A stretch of 64,000 bases of DNA, taken from the NCBI RefSeq assembly GCF_964355755.1, contig NC_092673.1, positions 16,861,648-16,925,647 on the forward strand, read 5' to 3'. Positions 23,201 through 37,453 of the stretch are shown one piece after another (within the stretch, counting starts at the first letter, position 1; each line of letters starts with the position of its first letter). Under the pieces are notes generated by a model that worked only from the letters and a program-made list of their open reading frames with translations, did no database searches and was not told where the DNA came from. Origin of the DNA: Antedon mediterranea. Its lineage: Eukaryota > Animalia > Echinodermata. The translations under genes were made by a program, and so were the position numbers.

Positions 23201-26200
23201 AGCCATATTAATGCATGATCCGATATCTACAACTCATCAACTTCCAGAATATGTAATTTAAAAAAAAGTTCTGTTTAAAAATAGGCATAATTTTGACGAA
23301 TTTTTGAACTTTTTCATAAAAAAAGCACGTAAAGTATCCAATTCAACGTGCCCGTATGACGTAATTGTAAGTCGAAATTGTTTTAAAATTGGTAAAATTA
23401 CTATAAAAGGCTGGAAAAACATAATTCAATAAAAAAAAATACTTTTAGCGCTACGTGCGCACCACGCGCATACAATTGTTCGCGTGCGTGAGAAATTTTG
23501 ACATGCTCAAAATGTCATGATCAGCGTAGAAAGTTGATAAAAAATTAATTTTGCGCATTTTGAATTTTAAATGCGCGTGCGCGCGTAACTTTGTGTAAAA
23601 CACGCAATTTTTTTTCCACAGAAAGTTAGCGCATGATATAAATTAAACTTTTGCTAAGTTTCAATTTAAATTGTTATATGGTTTTCAATCTATGTTAAAT
23701 ACGCGAAATTCATAAAATCGCGCGTAAGTCACGTTGCGCATTTCTGACGTCATTCACAATAGGAGATGCACAACTTCACGTGAATGGCCATATGTTGACA
23801 AAGTTATGCAATGTTATGTTTACACGTTTTTGAGATACGCGAGACACAAAAGTAGAGGAGAAATGCGCGTGCGCGCGTAACGTCTTGTAAAACATGGCAT
23901 TTTTAATCCACAAAAAGTTTGCCCTTGATATGACTTAAATTTTCACAAAGTGTCAAAACAAATTTATGCTTGGTTTTTAGTCTATGATCAATCATAAAAA
24001 ATCATAAAATCGCACGTAAGTCACGTTGCGCAACTCTGACGTCATTCAAAAATAGGAGGTGCACAACTTCACGTAAATGCCCATATGTTGACAAAGTTAT
24101 GAAATGTTATGTTTACAAGTTTTTGAGATACGTGAGGCACAAAAATGAGGGAGAAAGAAATAAGAAAAAAAAAAAAAAAAAAAAAAAAAAGTAACAGGAC
24201 GATTACAAGGAGTTATCCGCTACTAAGCGGATAACTAATAAGATAGAAAAACTAGATTTGAACTCGTCGAGTTCGGGTTATCCGCGCATACGCAACATGC
24301 ACATACTTTAAACTATATGAACCTCGACAATTATTATGCCATCCTATGACATGAAATAAATATTTTTACAGTGCTGAATTGTACCTATTTTGTAGCATAC
24401 ATCATGTTACAGTATTTACAGAATACACTGTATGTTATATACAGTGTAGCATAGACGGAATTTCGAGACCCATCTTTTAAATCCAATTATTAACACGATG
24501 ACATCATCAAATTGACATAAAAATAACAATTTTAGAAGATAATTATCTAATTAATTACATTAATACAAATTTAAAGAATTTTGGTCACGTAAAAGTGAGA
24601 TGCGCTCTCGTTTAAACGCAATGAACTTTTACGCAAGAGGTGAAAATATGACTTTTTGAATTCAACTGGCCATATGATGACGTCACATTTTTTTCCACAG
24701 AAAGTTAGCGCATGATATAAATTAAACTTTTGCTAAGTTTCAATTTAAATTGTTATATGGTTTTCAATCTATGTTAAATACGCGAAATTCATAAAATCGC
24801 GCGTAAGTCACGTTGCGCATTTCTGACGTCATTCACAATAGGATATGCACAACTTCACGTGAATGGCCATATGTTGACAAAGTTATGCAATGTTATGTTT
24901 ACACGTTTTTGAGATACGCGAGACACAAAAGTAGAGGAGAAATGCGCGTGCGCGCGTAACGTCTTGTAAAACATGGCATTTTTAATCCACAAAAAGTTTG
25001 CCCTTGATATGACTTAAATTTTCACAAAGTGTCAAAACAAATTTATGCTTGGTTTTTAGTCTATGATCAATCATAAAAAATCATAAAATCGCACGTAAGT
25101 CACGTTGCGCAACTCTGACGTCATTCAAAAATAGGAGGTGCACAACTTCACGTAAATGCCCATATGTTGACAAAGTTATGAAATGTTATGTTTACAAGTT
25201 TTTGAGATACGTGAGGCACAAAAATGAGGGAGAAAGAAATAAGAAAAAAAAAAAAAAAAAAAAAACTAGACATGAAACTTGTCACATTGACGAGTTAGTT
25301 ATCCGCACCACGACAAACGCCACGTGCACGTCATAAGTTGGAATATTGCACACAGATAAAGATTATGGAATTATGACAAGAACTGAAGAATATGATATGC
25401 TGTTAGTGCTGAATTCTGTCAGTTTTGTGTCATATAGTATATACGGTACATGCAAACAGTATAATCTGTATACATATTACATACAGTGTAGAATAGGTGA
25501 AATTACGGGACCCGCCATTTATTGCAATTTTTAACATGGCGACGGTATCAAAATGAAACACTTAGATAACAATTTCAGAAGGAAATAATCTCAGGAACAA
25601 CATATTAACGTGTAGAAGAAATTTGAATACGTAAAATATAGATGCGCACCCTTTTAAATGTGATGAACTATTACGCAAAATATGAAAATATGACTTTTTT
25701 TATTCAACTGGCAATATGATGACGTCACAACATCCGATTGGCAAAATGTTTACATGAATTCGTATCTACAATCCTATAGCTTCCAGAAAACGTTTTAATC
25801 GTGATTATCACATTTTATTCTGATGAGCTATAACAGATTAAAATTTACTGTAAAGATAAATATAAGTGACCCACGTTATTTACATTTTTAGACATGATGA
25901 CGTCATAAAAATTAAAAAATTTTTACTCTTGCGTAAGATAGTTGATTGACCTAGAAAATTTCAAAATCTGGGTTAAAATGGAATACGGTTAAGTGGAGAG
26001 GCGCTCTATTAAATGAGATGCGCTATGACGAAAGATACAAAAATCCTATATTTTATATTCGCGTGGCCACACGATGACGTCACAATGTCCGGTTTGCCAT
26101 ATCAATGCATGATTCCTTATCTACAACTTATCATCTTCCTGGATATGTAATTTAAACAAAGTTCACCTCGTAGTTTAGAATCTATGATTGTTTAAAAAAA

Positions 26201-29200
26201 GGTATAATTTTGACAAATTTTTGAACTTTTTCCTAAAAAACGCACATAAATTATCCAATTCGACGTGCCCGTATGACGTAATTTGAAGTCGAAATTGTTT
26301 CAAAGTTGGTAAAATTACTTAATAAAAGGCTTGAAAACATAAATCACGAGAGAAAAATTGTTTTCAACGCTACGTTCGCACCGCGCGCGTAAAAAAAAGC
26401 GCGCGCGTGGGAATTTTTTACATGCTTAAAATGACATGAAACGAGTAGAAAGTTGATTAGAAATTGATTTTTCGCAATTTGAAATTTTAAACGCGCGTGC
26501 GCGCGTAACTTCGTGTGAAACATGCCATTTTTTCCCCATAGTCAGTTAACGCAAGATATAACTTAAACTTTTTTTCAGTTTCAATTTAAATAGTTATATT
26601 GTTTTCGATCTATGTTAAAAACGCGAAATTCGGAAAAACGCGCGCAAGTCATGTTGCGCAACTCTGACGTCTTTCAAAAATAGGAGGTGCACAATTTCAG
26701 GTAAATGCCCACATGTTGACAAAGTTATGAAATGTTATGTTTACACATTTTTGAGTTACGCGAGACACAAAAATGACAGAAAGAAAGAAGAATACAGAAA
26801 AAAAAAAAAAAAAAAAAGATGATGAAACAGGACAGTTACAAGGAGTTATCCGCTCAATGCGGATAACTAAAAAGTAACAGGACGATTACAAGGAGTTATC
26901 CGCTACCAAGCGGATAACTAATAAGATAGAAAAACTAGATTTGAACTCGTCGAGTTCGGGTTATCCGCGCATACGCAACATGCACATACTTTAAACTATA
27001 TGAACCTCGACAATTATTATGCCATCCTATGACATGAAATAAATATTTTTACAGTGCTGAATTGTACCTATTTTGTAGCATACATCATGTTACAGTATTT
27101 ACAGAATACACTGTATGTTATATACAGTGTAGCATAGACGGAATTTCGAGACCCATCTTTTAAATCCAATTATTAACACGATGACATCATCAAATTGACA
27201 TAAAAATAACAATTTTAGAAGATAATTATCTAATTGATTACATTAATACAAATTTAAAGAATTTTGGTCACGTAAAAGTGAGATGCGCTCTCGTTTAAAC
27301 GCAATGAACTTTTACGCAAGAGGTGAAAATATGACTTTTTGAATTCAACTGGCCATATGATGACGTCACAACATCTGATTGACAAACTATTCACATGAAT
27401 TCGTATCTACAATCCAATAGCTTCAAGAAAACGTTTTAATAATGATTATCACTTATAACTCTGACGAGCTATAACCGATTGAAATTTACTGTAAAGATAA
27501 AAATAAGTGACCCACGTTATTTACATTTTTAGACATGATGACGTCATAAAAATTAAAATATTTTTAACTCATGCGAGAGATAGTTGATTGACCTAGACAG
27601 TATTAAAATATATGAGGAAATGGAATACGTATAAGCGATATGCGCTCTATTTAATGTAATGAGCAATAACGAAACAGTAAAAAAACCAATATTTTACATT
27701 TGTGTGGCCATACGATGATGTCATAACATCCGAGGGGTAAAGATTCTGCATGAATTCATATCTACAACATATCTGCTTACATATTAAATTTAAAAAAATG
27801 GGGGAAACGGTTGATCCTGAGGAGCTATAATAGATTCAAAGTAGGCATAATTTTGACAATATTTTGTCTTTTTTGCAACTAAAACGCACGCAAATTGTCT
27901 AAATCAACGTGTTCGTATGACGTCATTTTAATTTGAAATGATGTCAATCTTTTTTAAAATGACTAGGAAAGGCTGGAAAATCATAATTCAAGAGAAAAAA
28001 ACATGATTTTCATGCACCGTGCGCACCATACGCGTAAATTTTTTCGCACGCGCGGGAATTTTTGACATGCTCAAACTGTCATGATCAGCGTAGAAAGTTG
28101 ATTAGAAATTAATTTTGCGCATTTTGAAATTTTAAATGCGTGTGCGCGCGTAACTTCTTGTAAAACATGTCATTTTTAATCCATAGAAAATTGACCCATG
28201 ATATGAATTATAATTTTATTAAGTTTCATGAAACAATATTTGTTGGTTCTAAAGTTATGATCAGTTATAGAAATTCATAAAGCTTGGCTGCACATCTACC
28301 CTTCAATGTCAATCTTTTTACCAAGTTATACAAAGTTATGTTCACAAGCAATAGAGATATGCTGGTCACAAAATCCGGGAAAGAAAGAATAACAAAGAAG
28401 ATGAAAAAAAAAGATATTTACAATCACATGGGTTATCCTGCAACTAAGTTGCGGATAACCAAAAAAAAGATATTTACAATCACATGGGTTATCCTGCAAC
28501 TAAGTTGCGGATAACCAAAAAGAAGATGAAACAGGACAGTTACAAGGAGTTATCCGCTGAATGCGGATAACTAACTAGAACTTAAACTCGTCACTATACA
28601 CTATATACTGTATACGTACTACATACAGTGCAGAATAGGTGAAAATAAGTGACCAAAGTTATTGACGCTTTTAAACATGATGACGTCATAACAATTTTAA
28701 ATATTTTAACTCATGCGAAAGATAATTTATTGACCTAGACAATATAAAAAAATTGAGTGAAATGGAATACGGATAAGTAGAGATGCGCTCTATTAAATTT
28801 GACGAGCTATGGCGAAAGAGAAAAAAATCCTATTTTTATATTTGGGTGGCCATACGATGACGTCACAATGTCCGGTTAGCAATATCAATGCATGATTCGA
28901 TATCTACAACTCATCATCTTCCAGAATATGTAATTTTAAAAAAGTTCACCACATAGTTTAGAATTTATGACTGTTTAAAAAAATGTCTAATTTTGACGAA
29001 TTTTTGAAGTTTTTCATCAAAAACGTGCCTAAATTGTTCAATTCTACGTGCTCGTATGACGTGATTTTAAGTCGAAATTGATTGAAAATTGGTAAATTTA
29101 CTAGAAAAGGCTGAAATAACAAAAATCAAGCAAAAAAAAGACGTTTTTGCGCTACGTGCGTACGCGCGCGTAAAAAAATTGCGAACGCGTGGGAATTTTT

Positions 29201-32200
29201 GAAATGCTCAAAATGACATGAAACGCGTAGAAAGTTGATTAGAAATTGAATTTTCGCATTTTGAAATTTTAAACGCGCGTGCGCGCGTAACCTTTTGTGA
29301 AACATGCCATTTTTAGTCCATAGAAAGTTGGCGCATGATATGACTTAAATTTTCACAAAGTTTCAACACAAAATGACTTTTTGTTTTTAATCTATGATCA
29401 ATCAATGAAATTCATAAAATCGCGCGTAACTTACGCTGCGCAACTCCGAAATCATCCAAAAGCTTGGCTGCACATCTACAGCTATCGGTCAATCTTATGA
29501 CAAAGTTATACAATCTTATGTTGGCCAAAATTAAAGATATGCGACCAACAAAATTCGTGGAAAGAAAGAAGAACATAGAAAAACTAGATTTGAACTCGTC
29601 ACTTTGACGAGTTCGGGTTATCCGCGCATACGCAACATGCACATACTTTAAACTATATGAACCTCGACAATTATTATGCCATCCTATGACATGAAATAAA
29701 TATGTTTACAGTGCTGAATTGTACCTATTTTGTAGCATACATCATGTTACAGTATTTACAGAATACACTGTATGTTATATACAGTGTAGCATAGACGGAA
29801 TTTCGAGACCCATCTTTTAAATCCAATTATTAACACGATGACATCATCAAATTGACATAAAAATAACAATTTTAGAAGATAATTATCTAATTAATTACAT
29901 TAATACAAATTTAAAGAATTTTGGTCACGTAAAAGTGAGATGCGCTCTCGTTTAAACGCAATGAACTTTTACGTAAGAGGTGAAAATATGACTTTTTGAA
30001 TTCAACTGGCCATATGATGACGTCACAACATCTGATTGACAAAATATTCACATGAATTCGTATCTACAATCCAATAGCTTCAAGAAAACGTTTTAATAAT
30101 GATTATCACTTATAACTCTGACGAGCTATAACCGATTGAAATTTACTGTAAAGATAAAAATAAGTGACCCACGTTATTTACATTTTTAGACATGATGACG
30201 TCATAAAAATTAAAATATATTTAACCCATGCGAGAGATAGTTAATTGACCTAGACAGTATTAAAATATATGAGGAAATGGAATACGTATAAGCGATATGC
30301 GCTCTATTTAATGTAATGAGCAATAACGAAACAGTAAAAAATCCAATATTTTACATTTGTGTGGCCATACGATGACGTCATAACATCCGAGGGGTAAAGA
30401 TTCTGCATGAATTCATATCTACAACATATCTGCTTACATATTAAATTTTAAAAAATGGGGGTAACGGTTGATCCTGAGGAGCTATAATAGATTCAAAGTA
30501 GGCATAATTTTGACAATATTTTGTCTTTTTTTGCAACTAAAACGCACGCAAATTGTCTAAATCAACGTGTTCGTATGACGTCATTTTAATTTGAAATGAT
30601 GTCAATCTTTTTTAAAATGACTAGGAAAGGCTGGAAAATCATAATTCAAGAGAAAAAAACATGATTTTCATGCACCGTGCGCACCATACGCGTAAATTTT
30701 TTCGCACGCGCGGGAATTTTTGACATGCTCAAAATGTCATGATCAGCGTAGAAAGTTGATTAGAAATTAATTTTGCGCATTTTGAAACTTTAAATGCGCG
30801 TGCGCGCGTAACTTCTTGTAAAACATGTCATTTTTAATCCATAGAAAATTGACCCATGATATGAATTATAATTTTATTAAGTTTCATGAAACAATATTTG
30901 TTGGTTCTAAAGTTATGATCAGTTATAGAAATTCATAAAATCGCGCGTAACTTACGCAACGCGTATCTGACATCGTCCAAAAGCTTGGCTGCACATCTAC
31001 CCTTCAATGTCAATCTTTTTACCAAGTTATACAAAGTTATGTTCACAAGCAATAGAGATATGCTGGTCACAAAATCCGGGAAAGAAAGATTAACAAAGAA
31101 GATGAAAAAAAAAGATATTTACAATCACATGGGTTATCCTGCAACTAAGTTGCGGATAACCAAAAAAAAAAAGATCCTTACAATAACAAGGGGTTATACG
31201 CCAAGTGCGGATAACCAACTAGATTTGAACTCGTCACTTTGACTAGTTCGGGTTATCCGCGCAAACGCAACCATGCACATACTTAACCATTTGAACCTCG
31301 ACAATTATTATGCCATCCTATGACATGAAATAAATATGTTTACAGTGCTGAATTGTACCTATTATGTAGCATATCATATTACAGTATTTTACAGAATAAA
31401 CTGTATATGTTATATACAGTGTAGCATAGACGAAATTACGAGACCCATCTTTTAAATCCAATTATTAACACAATGACGTCATCAAATTGAAATTTTAAAC
31501 GTGCGTGCACGCGTAACTTTTTGTGAAACATGCCATTTTTAATCCATAGAAAGTTTGCTCTTGATATGACTTAAATTTTCACCAAGCGTCAATATAAAAT
31601 GACTTTTGGTTTTTAATCTATGATCAATCATTGAAATTCATAAAATTGCGCGTAACTTACGCTGCGCGACTCTAAAGTAAAAAAACGAAATGTCCTGCAC
31701 TTCTACAGTTAAAGGTCAATCTTCTGACAAAATTATACGATGTAATGTTGATAAGAATTTGAGATACACGTGACACAAAATTTTGGGAAAGAAAGAAGAA
31801 CTAGACATGTAACTCGTCACTATGACGAGTTAGTTATCCGCACGACAAACGCCACGTGCACGTCATACGTTGGAATATTCCACACAGAAAAAGATTATGG
31901 CATTATGACCTGAACTGATGAATATGATGTGTTGTTAGTGCTGAATTCTGTCAATTTTGTGTCATATAGTATATAGTACTTGAAACGGTATAATCTGTAT
32001 ACATATTACATACAGTGTAAAATAGGTGAAATTACGGGACCCCCGTTTATTCCTATTTTTAACATGGCGACGGTATCAAAATGAAACACTAAGATAGCAA
32101 TTTCGGAAGGATATTATCTCAGTAATAACATATTAACATGTAGAAGAAATTAGAATACGTAAAATATAGATGCGCGCTCTTTTAAATGTGATGAACTATG

Positions 32201-33666
32201 ACGCAAAAGATGAAAATACGACTTTTTTTATTCAACTGGCCATATGATGACGTCACAACGTCGGATTGGAAAAATGTTGACATGAATTTGTATTTACAAT
32301 ACAATAGCTTCCAGAAAACGTTTTAATCATGATTACCGCTTTTTATTCTGACGAGCTATAACAGATTGAAAGTTACTGTAAAGATGAAAATAAGTGACCC
32401 ACGTTATTTACATTTTTAGACATGATGACGTCAAAAAAATTAAAATATTTTTAACCCATGCGAAAGGTAGTTGATTGACCTAAAAAATATCAAAATCTGG
32501 GTTAAAATGAAAAAAGGGTAAGGGGAGATGCGCTCTATTAAATGTGATGCTCTATGACGAAAGATACAAAAATCCTATATTTTATATTCGCATGGCCATA
32601 CGATCACGTCAAAATATCCTGTTAGCAATATTGATGCATGATACGATATCTACAACTCATCATCTTCCAGAATACGTAATAAAAATAACTTTTACCGTTT
32701 AGTTTAGAAACTAAGACTGTTTTAAAAAAGGTATAATTTTGACAAATTTTAAGGAATTTTTGAACTTTTTCATCAAAAACGTACGTAAATTATCCAATTC
32801 GACGTGCTCGTATGACGTTAATTTTAAGTCAAAATTGTTTAAAAGTTGGTAAAAGTACTTGAAAAGGCTGGAAAAACATAAATCACGAGAACAAAATTGT
32901 TTTCAACGCTACGTGCGCACAGCGCGCGTAAAAATATGCGCTCGTGTGGGAATTTTTGACATGCTTAAAATGACATAAAACGCGTAGAAAGTTGATTAGA
33001 AATTGATTTTTCGCACTTTGAAATTTTAAACGCGCGTGCGCGCGTAACTTCGTGTGAAACATGCCATTTTTTTCCCACAGTCAGTTAGCGCAAGATATAA
33101 CTTAAAGTTTTTCTAAGTTTCAAATTAAAATGTTATATGGTTTTCGATCTATGTTAAATACGCGAAATTCATAAAAACGCGCGTAAGTCACGTTGCGCAA
33201 CTCTGACGTCATTCACAATAGCAGGTGCACAAATTCACGTGAATGCCCACATGTTGACAAAGTTATAAAATGTTATGTTTTTGAGTTACGCGTGACACAA
33301 AAATGACAGAAAGAAAGAAGAATACAGAAAAAAAAAAGATGATGAAACAGGACAGTTACAAGGAGTTATCCGCTGAATGCGGATAACTAATAACATAGAA
33401 AAAAAAAAAAAAAAAAAAAAAGATCCTGACAATAACAAGAGGTTATCCGCCAAGTGCGGATAACCAAAAAAAAAAAAAAGATCCTTACAATAACAAGGGG
33501 TTATCCGCCAAGTGCGGATAACCAAAAAGATGATGATGATGATTTCGTACAATCACAAGGAGTTATCCTGCAACTTTGTTGCGGATAACTAACAAAGAAG
33601 ATGATGAAGAAAAAAAAAGATATTTACAATCACATGGGTTATCCTGCAACTAAGTTGCGGATAACC
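20299..33666 (-). mobile_element. Tandem/nested array of non-autonomous Helentron-type (HINE/DINE-1-like) elements
   Basis: Nine CTAG 3' ends, most with the hairpin (21234, 22389, 24252, 25266, 26935, 28575, 29584, 31219, 31801). Fifteen GTTATCC(T)GC-n-GCGGATAAC 5' hairpins, A-rich tracts at junctions, no TSDs, no long ORF. Confidence 0.85.
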
Positions 33667-34724
33667 AATTAAAAACCTGCTCCCTCCCTTACCTTACAAA
33701 AAATGCTTCTGTCAGTCTATCCACCTAATTATGAACATGGCCTTAAAGAAATCCTTTTCCAACCTAGGGTCTTTTTGTGCAAACATTTTGCCACAAAATG
33801 AAGAGAAATGTAAACAATGTTTTGTTAGTTTTCAAAATCTAAATTGTTTGAGTAATGCAATTTAAAAAAGAAAGGTAATATGAAATTATTCTTTTCAAAC
33901 TGAATGCTTTTAAGAAAAGTTCCGTCTTTTATCTTATGACTTTTTTGGAAAAATGATTTCTCGTTAAAATATAATATACTAGTAAGTGCTCACAGATGCT
34001 TCTCGAATACATAAACTTTGGTAAATAACTGAAAATTGCACTGTACACAAGGCAAATGAATACAGATATGATGGAATTTATGTAGTCAAATATAATTGTC
34101 ATCCTGAGAATTACCTTAATGTTGTTTATTACATGGTATTGTTCACCAAATTCCTGTCTTGGTACATTTGATGATGGGATGGTATCAGGCTTCATGATAT
34201 CATATGATTTTCATCGAGGCAATATGGTTCAAACTAAATTTGTTATCGTTAATATCTAACTTAACTTAATTATGATATTGGTTTCATTGGGTGTTAAAAA
34301 TCAGTACTGAAAGTATTTACCAACTTTCTCTACCATTGAGTATAAATTCTAGAAGTTGCACTTAATTTACTGAAATTTCCCATTACCTAAATTTATATGT
34401 AAATTCATTATACTGTACTGCTTATTGGCCTCATATTTTTAACATCTAAACATTTGTTTGTACAATTTTATGTAATATGTATTTTATTAAGGTTTACATT
34501 TTGTGATTGATATTGTACAGTAAGTAGATTTTAATGATTACTTACATTAAGTAATAGGCTAACAATTACTAGATCTGATCCATGGTAATATATTATATTT
34601 GTTTTCATTTATCAATAGTTAACAATTAGGATTATTTACCACATTATTTACAGCAGCAAAAAACAAACAGTTCACATAATGTCTGTTGTCAGTATTTATA
34701 AACTTCATTATGATTCCTTTCCAG

Positions 34725-34835
34725 GATGGTGACACTCTATTACATTCATATCTGGGGAATGAATATACACCTATTACCTTAGAGATAGTGATGTGTCTCA
34801 TTCAGCATGGGGCACCAGTAGCATTGCAAAATAAG
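34725..34835 (+). CDS. ANK exon 1 (37 aa): DGDTLLHSYLGNEYTPITLEIVMCLIQHGAPVALQNK
   Basis: TTTCCAG acceptor, AAG|GTAAAT donor, phase 0-0; G-x-T-[PL]-LH...LEIV..L..HGA ankyrin consensus. Confidence 0.88.
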
Positions 34836-36603
34836 GTAAATGTACAGGGATTTGCTAGTGTAATAAGCTAACATTCTATAGATATGCTGAAGTAAACCAT
34901 TTAATGAGAGAAAAAAGTAAGCACATTAACAAAAATCAAATTTGATGTAAACAAACCAAATAAAAAAATAACTCAATAGTTTATATGATTTATGATAACA
35001 AACAAATTTAAAGTATACAGTTACCTATCACATAACATACATCTTTAATTTTCTTAATGAACAAAAAAATCTACTTTTTTTATATGTTCAGGTGAATCAG
35101 TATAATTTTGTTTACATATTTTTGACCGTAAAACAAATATAAATTGCTCATATGTAGCTGTAAAGATAGCAATGATTGACAATGGTCTAAACAACTAAAA
35201 ATGTTTATGTTAAAAAAATTAATAGAATCTGATTTTAATAAAAAATAATTATTAATTAAAAACCTGCTCCCTCCCTTACCTTACAAAAAATGCTTCTGTC
35301 AGTCTATCCAGCTAATTATAAACATGGCCTTAAACTACATCTGGAGATCCGTTTCCAACCAGGATCTTTTTGTGAAAACATTTTGCCACAAAAGGAAGAG
35401 AAATGTAAATAATGTTTAGCCTTTAGTTTGTGGTTTCCAAAATGCAATTTAAAAAAGAGAGCTAAAATGAAATTATTCTTTTCAAACTGAATGCTTTAAG
35501 AACAGTTCCGTCTCTTATCTTATGACTTTTCGGGGAAAAATGACATTATTAAAGTTGATATATAAAATTTGATACTAGTAAGTGTCAATAGATGGTTCTT
35601 AAATACATGACCTTTGGTAAATAACTGAAAATTGTTTAAGTACAAAGCAAATAAATACAGATATGTTGGAATTTATGTATAGATTATTAATTGTTAATAA
35701 CCTGCTCCCGCCCTTTACTTACTTTACAATAAAATACTTCTGTCAGTCTTATCACATACAGCCAGTATGAATATGGCCTTAAAGAGATCCTTTTCCAAAC
35801 AAACATTTTGCACAAAAGGAAGAGAAATGTAAATAATGTTTAGTTTAGTAAAAATGTTTGAGCAATGCAATTTCAAAAAGAAATTTAATATGAAATTATT
35901 CTTTTCAAACAGTGCCGTATCTTATCTTTTGTCTTTTTGGAAAAAAATTATTCTATTAAAGTTGCCAGTTAAAATTTGATATACTGGTAATTAAGTGCCC
36001 ACAGATGGTTCTTTCGAATACATAAACTTTGGTAAATAACTGAAAATTGTCTAAGTCGCACTGTACACAAAGCAAATAAATACAGATATGATGGAATTTA
36101 TGTATTCAAATATAATTGTCATCCTGAGAATTACCTTAATTTTGTTTATAACATGGTATTGTTCAACAAATTCCTGTCTTGGTACATTTGATGATGGGAT
36201 GGTATCGGGCTTCATGATATGATATGATTTTCATCGAGGCAAATGATTTAAACTAAATTTGTTATCGTTAATATCTAACTTAGCTTAATTTACTGAAATT
36301 TCCCATTACCTAAATTTATATGTAAATTCATTAAACTGCTTATTGGCCTCATATTGTTAACATCTAAACATTTGTTTGTACAATTTTATAAAATACGTAT
36401 TTTATTAATGTTCACATTTTGTGATTGATATTATACAGTAAGTAGATTTTAATGATTACTTACATTAAGTAATAGGCTAACAATCACTAGATCTGCTCCA
36501 TATTATATTTTGTTTTCATTTATCAATAATGATAATTAGGATTTTATCACATTATTTAGCAGTAATTGTTGTTGTTTGTATTAACAAAAAAACAATTTCA
36601 CAA

Positions 36604-37291
36604 GGCCATGTAAAAAAAAAATTGTTGATCATCCTTTTTTTTTTAAAAAAAGTCAGGAGGAAGGGAGGCTTTTTTTTTTTTTTTTTTTTATTATTATCTT
36701 TAATTTTTTATTATTATCGACTCAGCTTAGACTGGGCCGATACTTTGATCATACCATCTCCCTTTCCGGGCTTCCTATCACTGGCGTACACTGTAGGCAA
36801 CGTAGGCTTATCGCCCACGACGGATTCACCGTCGAACTTCCTCGTGTACAATTCAACATACAACTCTGATAATGTTACAACAGCCGTAACTTCGCAGCCA
36901 AACCAATCTTTAATCGGCGAACTACTACCCTCGCGGGTAATAGAAAGTACCACAAAAGACATTTAAGCTGCATAAATACGTATCAATAAAGATCTATTGT
37001 TCGCAAATCACGTGTAAAAAGAACCCACGCTGTACAGCAGGCCAGCGAAAAAAATAAACAAAATCAAGCTAGATACCCGTATCTTGCACATGCGCATATT
37101 GATACTATCAATAGAGGGCCAGATAATCGCGATGAATTTCTGAATTTTGTGATCGCGACGACTGATCTGAGGTTGAAAAACGGGATTTTCATCCGGATTT
37201 TCACGGTTTAAAAAAAAAAAATAAATAAATGAGGCGGGCCGATTTTCGATGTCGGGCGAGGACGATCAACAACCTTTTTTTTTACATGGCC
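36604..37291. mobile_element. Non-autonomous TIR element with GGCC termini (Zator-like; superfamily tentative)
   Basis: GGCCATGTAAAAAAAA ... TTTTTTTTACATGGCC, inserted at the CACATAATG site that is empty in the other units; TAA on the right, imperfect on the left. Confidence 0.7.
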
Positions 37292-37342
37292 TAATGTCTG
37301 TTGTCAGTATTTATAAACTTAATGATTATTATTCCTTTCCAG

Positions 37343-37453
37343 AATGGTGACACTCCATTACATTCATATCTGGGGAGTATATATATTGCACCTACCTTAG
37401 AAATAGTGACATGTCTCATTCAGCATGGGGCACCAGTAGCATTGCAAAATAAG
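37343..37453 (+). CDS. ANK exon 2 (37 aa): NGDTPLHSYLGSIYIAPTLEIVTCLIQHGAPVALQNK
   Basis: AG/GT sites, phase 0-0, TPLH motif. Confidence 0.9.

Noticed and set aside
33361-33666. Repeated palindromic GTTATCCGC..GCGGATAAC units resembling a CRISPR or attC array
   Set aside because: Eukaryotic context, no cas or integrase gene, and the intervening sequences are recurring A-rich element ends rather than unique spacers. HINE 5' ends explain them.
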